From IMG/VR virus record IMGVR_UViG_3300009509_000071, positions 1-50,890 of that record: a stretch of DNA of 50,890 nt; one strand, written 5' to 3'. A program made the position numbers and the translations under genes. Within the stretch, counting starts at the first letter, position 1. Each line of letters starts with the position of its first letter. Positions 1 through 9,992 of this stretch are shown one piece after another. The notes beneath the pieces are model-generated. The model did not search any database. It saw nothing but the letters and a program-made list of their open reading frames with translations, and was not told the origin of the DNA. This DNA is from a virus (lineage: Duplodnaviria; Caudoviricetes).

Positions 1-139
1 TCTTGACTCTGGAAACCCACTATCTTATTCTGGTACTGGATTAACTTGGTATGATTTAAGCCCTTATGGGCATGATTTTACACTTGATGCAGTTGGAATA
101 TACTTCAATGCAAATACTGGTGTGTTTGATTTATTTGAT
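1..139. repeat. Terminal direct repeat (circular assembly overlap), copy 1
   Basis: Bases 1-139 are identical to 50752-50890, and an ORF reads through the junction in frame. Confidence 0.97.
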
Positions 140-1213
140 GGTGGAATGAGGCATAGTGGTGGTGTTACTCTAAGCAAAACTTGCACATTGCAGTTCTTTA
201 TGGCAACAGATGATGACCAAGCTCTATTCCTATCAGATGCTTCACAAGAATATCTTGGGGCATATAGGTCTGGTAATAAAGAGTATCATGCTGGTTTTGG
301 TGTACCAATTTTTACACTAGATACAGTTGATGTTCCTAATATCTGGGATTATAACAGATTTAAGACTTGGCATCTGTATGAATTTAAGAATGTTGATATG
401 TCAAATATTGGAACTCTTGATTTTAATAAGTATTCTAATTTCCAATTTACAAATAGTGCATTATGTATGATAGCAATATATGACAGAAATCTAACTCAAG
501 AAGAAAGTGTCTATAACTTCAATTCATTAGTTGGAAGATTTAACAATGTTGGTGAGTCAGTAAATGTAGTTGCCTATGTGAATACTGGCATAACAGAAGC
601 TGGACTTGTTCTTAATTATGATGCCTACTACACAGAGTCTTATCAGAGTGGATCAGCGCTATGGATTGATATATCTGGTAATGGAAATAACGGGATATTG
701 TATGGCGGTGTTGTGTTTGATGCAACATTGAAATATTTATCATTTGATGGAGTTGATGATTATTGTGGAACAACATTAACAAAGTCGCAAGATAGCACTT
801 TTACTGTATGGGCTACACTTGATGTAAGTAATCCAAATGATATGTTATTTAACGCTGGTGCAGATGGTCAAGGTGCAGACTTATTCTTTTCTGGAAATAT
901 GATTTACTGGAATACTTGGGATGGCACTGCAAACCCAATATGCCCAATACCTACAAGTGCCTATGATGGCAATAAGCACAGCTATGTACTTGAAAACAAC
1001 TTTACGGAGAACATAACAAGGCTTTACTATGACAATGTTTTAATAGGAACTGCAAATTACAAGTCTGTAACAAACTCAACAATTTTATATGTAGGTGGAA
1101 CTACATCAAATTATAAATGGCAAGGCGATATACAAGTATTCTATCTGCACAATAAGATACTTACGGAAGCAGAACGGACACAAAACTTTAACTTGATCGC
1201 ATCAAGAATATAA
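2..1213 (+). CDS. LamG/concanavalin A-like tandem-domain virion (receptor-binding) protein, 3' part; true start at 50681 across the junction (~427 aa)
   Basis: Two repeats of GLVL.(L/Y)D....SY.G/SG..W.D.S..G and an FDGVDDY motif; the frame is continuous from the ATG at 50681. Confidence 0.8.
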   Translation, partial: LDSGNPLSYSGTGLTWYDLSPYGHDFTLDAVGIYFNANTGVFDLFDGGMRHSGGVTLSKTCTLQFFMATDDDQALFLSDASQEYLGAYRSGNKEYHAGFGVPIFTLDTVDVPNIWDYNRFKTWHLYEFKNVDMSNIGTLDFNKYSNFQFTNSALCMIAIYDRNLTQEESVYNFNSLVGRFNNVGESVNVVAYVNTGITEAGLVLNYDAYYTESYQSGSALWIDISGNGNNGILYGGVVFDATLKYLSFDGVDDYCGTTLTKSQDSTFTVWATLDVSNPNDMLFNAGADGQGADLFFSGNMIYWNTWDGTANPICPIPTSAYDGNKHSYVLENNFTENITRLYYDNVLIGTANYKSVTNSTILYVGGTTSNYKWQGDIQVFYLHNKILTEAERTQNFNLIASRI

Positions 1214-1226
1214 AAAGGAAAGCAAT

Positions 1227-1742
1227 ATGTATATAAATAAAAATAACAACACTCTGATTAGGGTAGCACAAGAAGTAACCATAGATGGAGTTACTTACGG
1301 ACACCAAATTTTCAATGACATTAACAAGCTAAATGAATTGAATATCTTTAAGGCAACAATAGGAGAAAAGCCAGATGCTACATTCTTTGGATATAGAGAG
1401 ATAGTGGATTACGAAGCACTAACAATTTCCTATGAGCCAGTTCCAAAAGATGCAAATATTGTACTTGAAACTATACAGAACAAAGCTACATCAATGATAG
1501 ATGCAACAATACAAGGTGAGCTTGACAAGTACAATAAAGCCAATGGAATAGCAATAGCAAGTATCCATAATGCAGAGAGCTATTCAAGACATACTGGGTA
1601 CTCACATCAAGCGTTCTGTTTGGCAATATGGAATTGGAGTGTTGAACTATGGGAGTTTATGAGAGCTTGGCAATCAACTCTTCAAGGCATACCAACACTT
1701 GCAGATGTTCAAGCAAAAATAGATGAAAAACCATTTATATGA
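1227..1742 (+). CDS. Tail fibre assembly/chaperone-like protein
   Basis: Follows the LamG gene. The C-terminal 'SIHNAESY...AFCLAIWNWSVELW...P' resembles 47422..47925. Confidence 0.6.
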   Translation: MYINKNNNTLIRVAQEVTIDGVTYGHQIFNDINKLNELNIFKATIGEKPDATFFGYREIVDYEALTISYEPVPKDANIVLETIQNKATSMIDATIQGELDKYNKANGIAIASIHNAESYSRHTGYSHQAFCLAIWNWSVELWEFMRAWQSTLQGIPTLADVQAKIDEKPFI

Positions 1743-2290
1743 TAATGGGTACACTAAAAGAAAAAACCATAAACAAGATAATTGAGATCGAGGGCGGATA
1801 TGTTAATGATCCGGATGATAGTGGCGGTGAAACAAAGTTTGGTATAACCAAAGCAACAGCAAGATCTTATGGGTACAGCGGAGACATGAAAGATCTTCCT
1901 AGAAGTCTAGCATTTGCGATATATGAGAATAGGTACTGGGATGCACTGATGCTTGATGAGATTGAGCATTTATCTGTAAAGATCGCTGATGAAGTGGCGG
2001 ACACTGCAGTGAACTTGGGGGTAGGTAGAGCAGCTGAGTTCCTACAGAGATCACTCAATGTGCTAAATGATCGAGAGAGATACTACAATGACTTGGTGGT
2101 TGATGGGGATGTTGGAAGAAAAACCATTGCAGCATTAAAGTCTTATTTGAGAGTAAGGGCAGTGCAAGGCGAAACTGTTTTGTACAGGATGCTAAACTCT
2201 CTTCAAGGATCTTTCTATGTTGGACTTGGTGAGCGCAGAGAAAAAGATGAGAGATTTATGTTTGGATGGTTTTTGAACAGAGTTGCATAG
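1739..2290 (+). CDS. Endolysin, glycoside hydrolase family 108 with peptidoglycan-binding domain
   Basis: EGGYVNDPDDSGGETKFGIT, DTAVNLG, VDGDVGRKT and C-terminal FMFGW..NRV motifs. Confidence 0.92.
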   Translation: MIMGTLKEKTINKIIEIEGGYVNDPDDSGGETKFGITKATARSYGYSGDMKDLPRSLAFAIYENRYWDALMLDEIEHLSVKIADEVADTAVNLGVGRAAEFLQRSLNVLNDRERYYNDLVVDGDVGRKTIAALKSYLRVRAVQGETVLYRMLNSLQGSFYVGLGERREKDERFMFGWFLNRVA

Positions 2291-2318
2291 TTTTATATGA
2301 TCCAGTATATAATGCCTT

Positions 2319-2450
2319 ATGAAAAAGGCTATTGCAACTGAGCGCATCTATAATATCTTTAGACAACTTATTGCTATCAAATATCACTATGATGATGGTA
2401 GCAGTAGGGTTATAAATCTACATTCAAACAAAGTAACACAAAAAACTTAA
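2319..2450 (+). CDS. Small hypothetical protein (43 aa), probably leaderless
   Basis: MKKAIATERIYNIFRQL...; TATAAT at 2308-2313 lies 5 nt before the ATG. Confidence 0.4.
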   Translation: MKKAIATERIYNIFRQLIAIKYHYDDGSSRVINLHSNKVTQKT

Positions 2451-2718
2451 GTGATACAATAAGTGATATATTTTTTCAACAAATATAACATTTGAAGCTA
2501 TACAGTGCCTAGATGGAATAGTGCGAAGTTCTCACTGTCCGCCAGCGATCTATCTCATACAATCTCATAAAGACTCACAAAGCCCTAAAACAAGGCACTT
2601 AAAGCAAATTAACCATCTTATTCAATGTCATATTATTGCATACAATCGCACACTTTAAGTGATACGATAAGTGATATGGTGTAAAATTATCACAAGAATA
2701 TCACTTGAAAGGTATCAC
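2447..2718. mobile_element. attP region: core CTCACTGTCCGCCA (2531-2544) flanked by integrase arm-type repeats
   Basis: The core looks like a tRNA 3' end (tRNA-Ser-like, ends CCA). TTAAGTGATAC(A/G)ATAAGTGATAT occurs at 2447-2469 and 2655-2677, with inverted TATCAC copies just before int. Confidence 0.8.
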
Positions 2719-3906
2719 ATGGCAAAAGTAAAACCACTCAATGATCGTCAAATAAAAACAGCTGCAGCGCAAGAAAAAGAGTATAAGCTTGCAGATGGAG
2801 ATGGCCTATATTTACACATAAAGCCAAATGGATCAAAGCTTTGGCGCTTTAGGTATATGCTTAACGGAAAACTTGCAATGATGTCTCTTGGTAAGTACCC
2901 AGATGTTACCATAGCTGATGCAAGAAAAAAGAGATCATCGTTAAGAGAATTGGTTGCAAGTGGAGAAAGCCCAATAGCAAAAAAGAGAGAGAGAAAAGGA
3001 ATGACTTTCTCTGATCTTGCAGATGAGTATTTTAATCATAGAGTAGATCTTAAAGATACATATATCAGAGACAACAAGGCATATCTGAAAAACCATTGGT
3101 ATCCAATCCTTGAGAATATGATACTGGATACTATTGAAGCAATACATATAATAAGATGCATAGAGAGGATAGAGAAGCATGGCGCAGTAACCATAGCAAA
3201 AAAGACTGGATCATTGATAGATAGAATTTTTAGATATGGAGTAACAAAGCAATATATGAAATATAATCCAATGAGAGATATTGACTTGTCTGTAATTGTA
3301 AAGCCTCATACTCCAAAAAATTATGCCCATATTACTGATGAAAACATACTTAAGCATCTACTTAAGGATATGGAAAATTATGTAGGTGATATAGTCACTA
3401 GGACTGCATTGCGGCTTATGCCATATGTATTTGTAAGGCCATCTGAAATAAGGGGCATGCTATGGAGTGAAATAGACTTCAAGAAAAAGATATGGTTTAT
3501 TCCAGCAGAAAGAATGAAAATGAAAAGGGATCACATAGTTCCATTAACTGAAAGTATGATCAATATAATAAATGTCATGAAAGACAATGGAAGTGACTTT
3601 GTATTTCCATCGCCACAGACAACAGTAAGGCAGCTCAGTGAAAACACTCTAAATGTAGGGCTAAAAAGACTTGGATATGAGGGCATTATGACTTCTCATG
3701 GCTTTAGGCATACAGCATCTACTTTTTTGCATGAGAATATGCATGTTCATGGAGTTCATAGCGATGCTATAGAAATTCAAATGGCGCATGTTGAAAAAAA
3801 CAATGTCAAAGGAGTGTATAATAAAGCTATATATATTGAAGAAAGAATTAGGCTTATGAAGTGGTGGAGCGATTACTTAGATGCATTAAAAGCATCCAAG
3901 CAATAA
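2719..3906 (+). CDS. int: Tyrosine integrase (P4/IntA-like with N-terminal arm-binding domain)
   Basis: DGDGLYL..KPNGSKLW arm domain; catalytic R (VRPSE), HGFRH, H (MAH) and Y (VYN). Start taken at ATG 2719. Confidence 0.96.
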   Translation: MAKVKPLNDRQIKTAAAQEKEYKLADGDGLYLHIKPNGSKLWRFRYMLNGKLAMMSLGKYPDVTIADARKKRSSLRELVASGESPIAKKRERKGMTFSDLADEYFNHRVDLKDTYIRDNKAYLKNHWYPILENMILDTIEAIHIIRCIERIEKHGAVTIAKKTGSLIDRIFRYGVTKQYMKYNPMRDIDLSVIVKPHTPKNYAHITDENILKHLLKDMENYVGDIVTRTALRLMPYVFVRPSEIRGMLWSEIDFKKKIWFIPAERMKMKRDHIVPLTESMINIINVMKDNGSDFVFPSPQTTVRQLSENTLNVGLKRLGYEGIMTSHGFRHTASTFLHENMHVHGVHSDAIEIQMAHVEKNNVKGVYNKAIYIEERIRLMKWWSDYLDALKASKQ

Positions 3907-4134
3907 TTATACCATGATGGCATCGATGTCATCCTTGTTCCATCTTGGGCATTTTTCTCCCATCTTGTACGATGGCTCAGGAAGAATACCCTCTTTTACT
4001 TTTCTCCATACAGAACTAACATCTATATCTAATCTTGTTGCTAGAGATTGTGGGCTTAGGAATTGCATAAGCTCCACATTTGTAGCAATCTTTTTCATCT
4101 CTTTTTCTGATAATTTGTTTTTATCACTCATCAC
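3907..4134 (-). CDS. AlpA-family excisionase
   Basis: HTH followed by 'WRKVKEGILPEP..MG..CPRW'; convergent with int. Confidence 0.8.
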   Translation of the reverse strand: MMSDKNKLSEKEMKKIATNVELMQFLSPQSLATRLDIDVSSVWRKVKEGILPEPSYKMGEKCPRWNKDDIDAIMV

Positions 4135-4304
4135 TATGCCTCCACAAATTTTTCTCTGAAAATTTCCTCATCGATCATCTCACACTTCTTATATGGGATA
4201 TTTAGTTTCACCATTCCTTTATTGTTTACAAAAACTTTCCCTTTTTTTGCTTCAACTCTCACTTCAAATCCATGCTTATGATGTTTGAATGTTTTTACTG
4301 CCAT
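4134..4304 (-). CDS. Hypothetical protein (56 aa)
   Basis: MAVKTFKHHKHGFEVRVEAKKG...; fills the operon gap, with an SD-like AAGG upstream. Confidence 0.55.
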   Translation of the reverse strand: MAVKTFKHHKHGFEVRVEAKKGKVFVNNKGMVKLNIPYKKCEMIDEEIFREKFVEA

Positions 4305-4305
4305 A

Positions 4306-4791
4306 CTATTTACCTTTTAATACATTATTTAGATGGTGAAAAAACTGCTTTGCAATTTCTTCCGATTGGTTAATTATCTCTTTGATCCGACTAGACTCTT
4401 CATCATCTTGGGTATTAAGTGCAAGCCTATCAGCTCCCATTTTACCTCTAAGCTTCAAAATTCTTTTATCACTAATGTTTAAATCTGGACGATCTTTCTT
4501 GTCTATATTCATAATCCATTCACGAAGCAATGATATTGCATATATAGAGAAATCAACATCTATTTTCTTTATCTTTTCTACCGCATCTGTTTTACCTATC
4601 TCTGCAAGCATCTTATTTTCTTCTTTAGTGAATTTATGAAAAACTTTATACCCTCTAATCTTTCCAAGTATAGTTATAAGATTATCTCTTTGGTACACAT
4701 CCTTGTCTTTCAAGGCCTCAATGATGTAGGCCTCGCATGAAAAAATTACAACTTTATTTATCAGCATGATCATCCTTGTTTGTGCTTCCAA
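4306..4791 (-). CDS. Hypothetical protein
   Basis: ORF within the tightly packed leftward operon. Confidence 0.65.
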   Translation of the reverse strand: MEAQTRMIMLINKVVIFSCEAYIIEALKDKDVYQRDNLITILGKIRGYKVFHKFTKEENKMLAEIGKTDAVEKIKKIDVDFSIYAISLLREWIMNIDKKDRPDLNISDKRILKLRGKMGADRLALNTQDDEESSRIKEIINQSEEIAKQFFHHLNNVLKGK

Positions 4792-5323
4792 ATCCGCCAG
4801 TTCTATTGTTGCTTGTTGCTATTCCAAACAATCTAGTTTTGTGTTCGCATAGCATGATCTGACCAATTCTTTCACCTTTTTTGATAACAACTTTCTTATC
4901 ATATACTGCCATATCAGCTTTGCCATGCGCTGCTCTAAATGTATTCAGCACGCTTTCTACTTGAAGTGGGTTATGGATGATCATTTTAATCTCATCTCTA
5001 TAGTCAATATCGATGATACCAACTCCATTTGGAAGTATAAGCCCCTTTTTACCAAGTGAACTTCTTAGCATTAGCTGTAGATAGTGAGTCCTTTTAAAGC
5101 TTTCAATGTATGCATTAGTCTCTGCCTGTAGCCCAAGAAGCCCATATCTAACTTTCATGTCATTTTCTATTATTGCATCGATATTATCTAAGGCAACTCC
5201 AAGTCCTACAAGCTTTGTCTCACCAGCCTCGATCACAACATCATGACTTGCTTTTAAGTCAATACAAGCACTAAACACACTCCCCAAAACTGGCTCACAT
5301 CCATCTACTAAAACTTTTAACAT
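4754..5323 (-). CDS. dut: Trimeric dUTPase
   Basis: Motifs SACIDL, RSSLG, GIIDIDYR, GERIGQ and RTGGFGST. Confidence 0.93.
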   Translation of the reverse strand: MLKVLVDGCEPVLGSVFSACIDLKASHDVVIEAGETKLVGLGVALDNIDAIIENDMKVRYGLLGLQAETNAYIESFKRTHYLQLMLRSSLGKKGLILPNGVGIIDIDYRDEIKMIIHNPLQVESVLNTFRAAHGKADMAVYDKKVVIKKGERIGQIMLCEHKTRLFGIATSNNRTGGFGSTNKDDHADK

Positions 5324-5508
5324 TACTTGCTCCCTTTTGGTTTTCTAAAATATTTTCTAAGTGCCTCTTGCTCATTATCAGCATTAAAAACAACTCCGCA
5401 TACCTCATATACGCCTTTTCTTTTTCTGATTGGCGTAACTATCATTTTTCTCTCAGAACTCATATATTCCCTTAATAAATTCCAGCGCTTTGCTTTAAGC
5501 GCTCCCAT
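5323..5508 (-). CDS. Hypothetical protein
   Basis: Overlap-coupled ORF in the operon. Confidence 0.55.
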   Translation of the reverse strand: MGALKAKRWNLLREYMSSERKMIVTPIRKRKGVYEVCGVVFNADNEQEALRKYFRKPKGSK

Positions 5509-5870
5509 TCGGCCTCATCGTGATCAAACTGGATACCATTTTCATTCAGTATCTTTGTGATCCAATCAATATGCTGGCAAAGCTTTCTATTCTCAATATT
5601 TGTAGTTGATAATTTTTCATCACCACTAATTTCATAATTTGTATTCATGTACTTGAATATCGTTTTTAGAGAAGTATCTTGATCAAATGGAGTTCCTTTT
5701 GCGCTTGCAACACAATCATAGTCTCCATATGGAGCATCGCCTTTGTAAAATACTAGGCATCCTCCAGTGATCTCATCTTTCCATTCTCTAAAACTAATAC
5801 TATGAGCTTTTTCAAAAGCCTCATTCAATAGCGCATGATAAAACCTATTGAATTTGCTGGATATGTTCAT
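5472..5870 (-). CDS. NinB/Orf-like recombination protein
   Basis: N-terminal 'NRFYHALLNE' and C-terminal 'STT.....L..HIDWI....ENGIQF' pattern; next to recE/recT-like genes. Confidence 0.55.
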   Translation of the reverse strand: MNISSKFNRFYHALLNEAFEKAHSISFREWKDEITGGCLVFYKGDAPYGDYDCVASAKGTPFDQDTSLKTIFKYMNTNYEISGDEKLSTTNIENRKLCQHIDWITKILNENGIQFDHDEAEWERLKQSAGIY

Positions 5871-6043
5871 TACATACTCTTTGGAACTGGGCTTCTTCTT
5901 GTAGATGCTGCAACATCAGATTTAGTTGCTCTTCTCATTTCCTCTTCCGTATATCCATATGGGCGAGTTACAGGGTTATATCCTATTGGATTAAAAACCT
6001 TTTTCTCTTCCTTTTTTTCAGATTGTAATGTATTCTCTGACAC
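5870..6043 (-). CDS. Hypothetical protein (57 aa)
   Basis: GTG start with GGAGGG SD; fills the gap and its stop overlaps the next start. Confidence 0.5.
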   Translation of the reverse strand: MSENTLQSEKKEEKKVFNPIGYNPVTRPYGYTEEEMRRATKSDVAASTRRSPVPKSM

Positions 6044-6848
6044 TATCTTTTCCCTCCAAGTAAAAGTCTTTTACATCATTCCATACAGATTGAAACTTCT
6101 GCTCTCCAGAAGCATCCATCTCTGAGCCAGTCCTAAACATTTGCACATCAAATGACTTGTTATCTTTCGAGCATACCAAGAAAGAAAATGATGGCTGAGT
6201 GTAAATGTTTTTCTGCATAAGCAGCTCAGTAACTATCTTTCTGTAAAAATATGTCTGTAGATCATAGTTGTTCTCACTAAGAGACTTTCTAAGCCCGACT
6301 CTATCTCCAGATGATGTAGTGTATTTGCTGAAAAACTTATACCAAACACCTTTTAGATCGATAATATCTACATCTCTTCCATCGATGATAAGGCAGTCAA
6401 TTTTGCACTTTACTGGAACGCCATCGATCTCACCAGTAATCACAACTTCATTCATGTCATTGTGTACTACTTTTGGATACATAAAAAGGATCTTCTTGAA
6501 GCAAGCCTCAATAAATGCAAAGTCATCTTTACTTACACGCTTAAGACCTCTTTTTTCAGCATCCTCATCGATGTAGTCTTTTACATAGTATCTAAGGTAG
6601 AATTGATCATGCTCAAGAACATAACAGTGAAACGCTGATCCAAGATTAAAAATCTCTTGTAGATCATCCGATACATCTTGTTTGTCATAAAGCACATTGA
6701 ACAATCCACGCTTAAACACTTGCCCAAGAAAAGAGTTTGAAACAACCAGCTCACTATGAAGATCTACAGGATCTTTTATCGCATCCGAGAATATGTCTCC
6801 GAGTGCGAAATAGTCATCATCACTAATATCTTTTGCAAGCTGAAACAT
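6018..6848 (-). CDS. RecE/exonuclease VIII-like PD-(D/E)XK nuclease
   Basis: LGSAFHCYVLE, KCKIDCL...IIDLK and YDLQ..FY motifs. Confidence 0.85.
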   Translation of the reverse strand: MFQLAKDISDDDYFALGDIFSDAIKDPVDLHSELVVSNSFLGQVFKRGLFNVLYDKQDVSDDLQEIFNLGSAFHCYVLEHDQFYLRYYVKDYIDEDAEKRGLKRVSKDDFAFIEACFKKILFMYPKVVHNDMNEVVITGEIDGVPVKCKIDCLIIDGRDVDIIDLKGVWYKFFSKYTTSSGDRVGLRKSLSENNYDLQTYFYRKIVTELLMQKNIYTQPSFSFLVCSKDNKSFDVQMFRTGSEMDASGEQKFQSVWNDVKDFYLEGKDSVREYITI

Positions 6849-7786
6849 TAAAGCTCTTTCAATGCTTCATATAGTTCATTCAACTTATCTTGACTATACT
6901 TTCTCCAGCCATCTTGCTTTTTCATCTCAGCTTCTATCTTTGCGCCCTTGTCAGTGCCTTTATGTTTGGTGAAGTAGGCCATGATAGTTTTCACTGTAAC
7001 ATTCTCTATGTTTACAGTATCACTCTTGTCATTAAGTAGCGTATCTTTTATATCAACATCTCCAGATACAATATCTGCCTCAATGACATTCTCTTCATTC
7101 AGCTTATCTACTTCATCAAGGATTGTGACAGATCTTCCTCTTGGAATAAAGAAGTCATTAAATGCTCTTCTGCATGCTTTATGCTCCCAAGTCTGTATCT
7201 TGTATCGATCATCTTGCATGGTTTTTGTAACACTTTTTACATACTCAGCCCCAACAAAAACTTGTTGTTTTGGTAGTTTCTTTTGGCCATCAATCAGATC
7301 GATGAGTGAAATATCAAACCCAGCAAAATGCTCTTCAACCCACTTGCTATCTGTTGTCTTTATTTCAGTAAGCTGATCTCCATTCATGTCGCTCTGAGAT
7401 ACTATCACGCCATTCAAATTGAATACACGATCTACTTCAAGGTAAAACCCAGCATCATATGCTATCTGCCTGATCCCTTGTTTTGGGATTATTAGAGTAG
7501 GCATCATGCCTTTGTCTTTTACATTGAAAGGAACAATATAAGCCTCTTTATACACTGGATTGATATTGATACCAAGCTTTGAAACATTCAATGCAAAAGT
7601 CAAGATATGCTTTGGATCAACCTTTTCCATAAGGTAGCTATTCTCTGCAAGTTCCAAAAAGTTTTCCTTGAAGTCTTGCTGCTCCTTTTGTGTTGGTAGC
7701 CTATCCACAATGATGCTGCTGTTACTTTCAAGCGCTGCAGTGAGCGCCTTTTTATTGGTTTCTATTTTTACTAAAGCTTGTGACAT
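6848..7786 (-). CDS. recT: RecT-family single-strand annealing protein
   Basis: LGININPVYKEAYIVPF and K.ACRRAF motifs; paired with the exonuclease. Confidence 0.8.
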   Translation of the reverse strand: MSQALVKIETNKKALTAALESNSSIIVDRLPTQKEQQDFKENFLELAENSYLMEKVDPKHILTFALNVSKLGININPVYKEAYIVPFNVKDKGMMPTLIIPKQGIRQIAYDAGFYLEVDRVFNLNGVIVSQSDMNGDQLTEIKTTDSKWVEEHFAGFDISLIDLIDGQKKLPKQQVFVGAEYVKSVTKTMQDDRYKIQTWEHKACRRAFNDFFIPRGRSVTILDEVDKLNEENVIEADIVSGDVDIKDTLLNDKSDTVNIENVTVKTIMAYFTKHKGTDKGAKIEAEMKKQDGWRKYSQDKLNELYEALKEL

Positions 7787-9060
7787 TACAATTCCTCCAA
7801 GTCATCTGTTTTAAACATCTCTGCAAAGTGAGCAACTATTTTTGCTCTTGCATCAGCCGCATCCATAGCGGAAACATTCATCATCTGCAGCTCAAATGTT
7901 ATTTTCTGTATCCCATCATCACTAACGCCAAAAGTTTTATTTTTAACTTTCTGTAGCGCATCAGTTGCGTTTGATTTTGAGATCAAATCCTTTAAGCTAT
8001 TTGCAATTCTTACAACCTCATTTTTGTTATCTTCGCCAATGAGTTTTCCATGTATTGTCCTGAGCCTATCAACTTTCTTTGTCAAAGTATCTGCATCATC
8101 AAGAAGTACGCCCTCATTGATAGTTCTTACTTCAATCATTATCTCTTTATCATGCGCATCGATCTCATTCTGCTTTGACTGCAGCGCATCTCTTTCTGCC
8201 ATTGCTTCCAATGCTCTGATGTTAGCCTCAGCTTTTTCAATCTTGTTGTTGATCGATCTATGGCAGCTTTCAATTACATCTGGATAGTTTGCTTCAACGC
8301 TTTCTCTCAGCCTAAATAGTGACTTTATTGCAGCATTAATGATCTCTGGATTATCGCTATCTACATCGATGTTGTCTAGGTAACTCTCAAACTGCTTGCT
8401 CTGCAGATCTTTTTTCTCATTGATCGCAAGTGCTTCTCTTATAGGCTTTGCAATTTTTTCAAACTCATCTCTGATGGTTTTCAGTGCTGCAGCAGAAGTC
8501 TTTTTTGTTTTTTCTGTTGGAAGCATCGATGCATTTTGTCTCTTTGACTCTATGAAGCTATCGAACATATCTATCGTTATTCCGATACCCTCACTCTCAT
8601 CGATCATCTCATTAAGAACTGATCTTATGTTTGCCTCAGCAATCTTAAAAGTCTTTTCTTTCATGGCCAGTATTTGATCATCTATTGATTTAATGATCTC
8701 ATCTTTCAGCCTTTTTTCATTTGCTGTAAACTTTGACTTTACTTCATCAAAACTGGATGTGACACTTGTTCTTGTTGCCTTGAGCCATTGATAAATCTCA
8801 TTAAACTCTTTCTTTACAAGTTCAACATTCCCAATATCAAGCTCATTCTTAATTACCTCATTTGCTCTGGCGGCCATGAGATCGATGCCCATGCCAATAA
8901 TTTCAGCATTATGCTCCATGCTTCCATTGTCAGCAACATTGATCACTATAGGAACTAGATCGTATCCGTTCCCTTTTCTTTGTCTCTCCAGCTCCTCAAT
9001 GAAATTACTACTACTTACGCCTATTGTGCTTGAAAATACATCTATGGCAGTTCTACTCAC
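7786..9060 (-). CDS. Coiled-coil protein (DUF1351-like)
   Basis: Helical, E/K-rich 424-aa protein directly upstream of recT. Confidence 0.5.
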   Translation of the reverse strand: MSRTAIDVFSSTIGVSSSNFIEELERQRKGNGYDLVPIVINVADNGSMEHNAEIIGMGIDLMAARANEVIKNELDIGNVELVKKEFNEIYQWLKATRTSVTSSFDEVKSKFTANEKRLKDEIIKSIDDQILAMKEKTFKIAEANIRSVLNEMIDESEGIGITIDMFDSFIESKRQNASMLPTEKTKKTSAAALKTIRDEFEKIAKPIREALAINEKKDLQSKQFESYLDNIDVDSDNPEIINAAIKSLFRLRESVEANYPDVIESCHRSINNKIEKAEANIRALEAMAERDALQSKQNEIDAHDKEIMIEVRTINEGVLLDDADTLTKKVDRLRTIHGKLIGEDNKNEVVRIANSLKDLISKSNATDALQKVKNKTFGVSDDGIQKITFELQMMNVSAMDAADARAKIVAHFAEMFKTDDLEEL

Positions 9061-9098
9061 TACATCTCCTTAAAGTTTTGTTTGATCCAAGATTGTTG

Positions 9099-9578
9099 TT
9101 ATGCATGCAAAACATATCTAAGCCTCCTAGAATTTACAGGCGCTTTCAGTTTTGACTTAGCCATATCCTCAATCTGTCTCACCCTCTCTCTAGTGATACC
9201 AAAAATATTTCCTATCTCTTCAAGCGTATAGCATCCATCAGCATGACTTCCAGTGTATGCACTGATCTCTTCATAAAGTTTCTTCTTGTTTAATGCCCTT
9301 ACATATTCGGCCTCAAGTTCAAGCTGTCTAGCCCATGCTCTTATTGCTGGATCATTATCTTTTTTTAGTTTTGTGATTGTTCTCATTGCAAGTAGGTGAG
9401 CATTTATCCTTGCCAGCTCCTCATTAAACACTTTGTATTTAATTCTGTCATCTTTTGGCTTTCTACTATTGTGAAGTCTAGCTTTTGCGTTTTCGCTTTT
9501 GATTTTATTTCTTTCTTTCATGACTTGTTCATTTATAAATTGAACATACTCAAACTCATTAATATCCAGTATTACCAT
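9099..9578 (-). CDS. Sigma-70 region 4 HTH domain protein
   Basis: YTLEEIGNIFGITRERVRQIE..A..KL matches RpoD region 4.2. Confidence 0.85.
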   Translation of the reverse strand: MVILDINEFEYVQFINEQVMKERNKIKSENAKARLHNSRKPKDDRIKYKVFNEELARINAHLLAMRTITKLKKDNDPAIRAWARQLELEAEYVRALNKKKLYEEISAYTGSHADGCYTLEEIGNIFGITRERVRQIEDMAKSKLKAPVNSRRLRYVLHA

Positions 9579-9773
9579 TTACTATCTTTCCCTTTTGTCA
9601 TAGGAACTTATCGAAATGAAGTGAGCCTATGACATGACCTCACTTCGATAAATTGTCTTATTAGCGATTAAATGTTATACTTATAATCGCACCAATGTGT
9701 AATTGTGTGAATGAGCTGCACAGGGTAGGATTTGTGCAGCTTTTTATTCTTAACTCAAATTTTAAATTTTGAG

Positions 9774-9992
9774 TTAAGATATAATTGCTCTGATCTTGTG
9801 AACTGCATTAACAGCCCTTGATCTCGATGCTAGAACATCTTTCTCTCTACTTTCAAGTTCTTGCTTTTCAGCCTTGATTGACTCACATTCTTCATCGCAT
9901 AACGCAATACCTTTTTCAAGTTCAACAGCAGCTTTTTCAAAACCACTTAATGCAGATGTGATAATATCTGCTCCGCTATTTTTCTTAAACAT
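9774..9992 (-). CDS. Small coiled-coil hypothetical protein; first gene of the pL operon
   Basis: AAGGAG SD upstream; 72 aa. Confidence 0.7.
   Translation of the reverse strand: MFKKNSGADIITSALSGFEKAAVELEKGIALCDEECESIKAEKQELESREKDVLASRSRAVNAVHKIRAIIS

Noticed and set aside
1-139. Terminal repeat as a biological direct terminal repeat
   Set aside because: It falls mid-gene and the gpA-type terminase implies cos ends, so it is best explained as assembly overlap.
2521-2544. Full tRNA gene
   Set aside because: Only a 14-nt 3' end matches; there is no upstream cloverleaf or T-loop.
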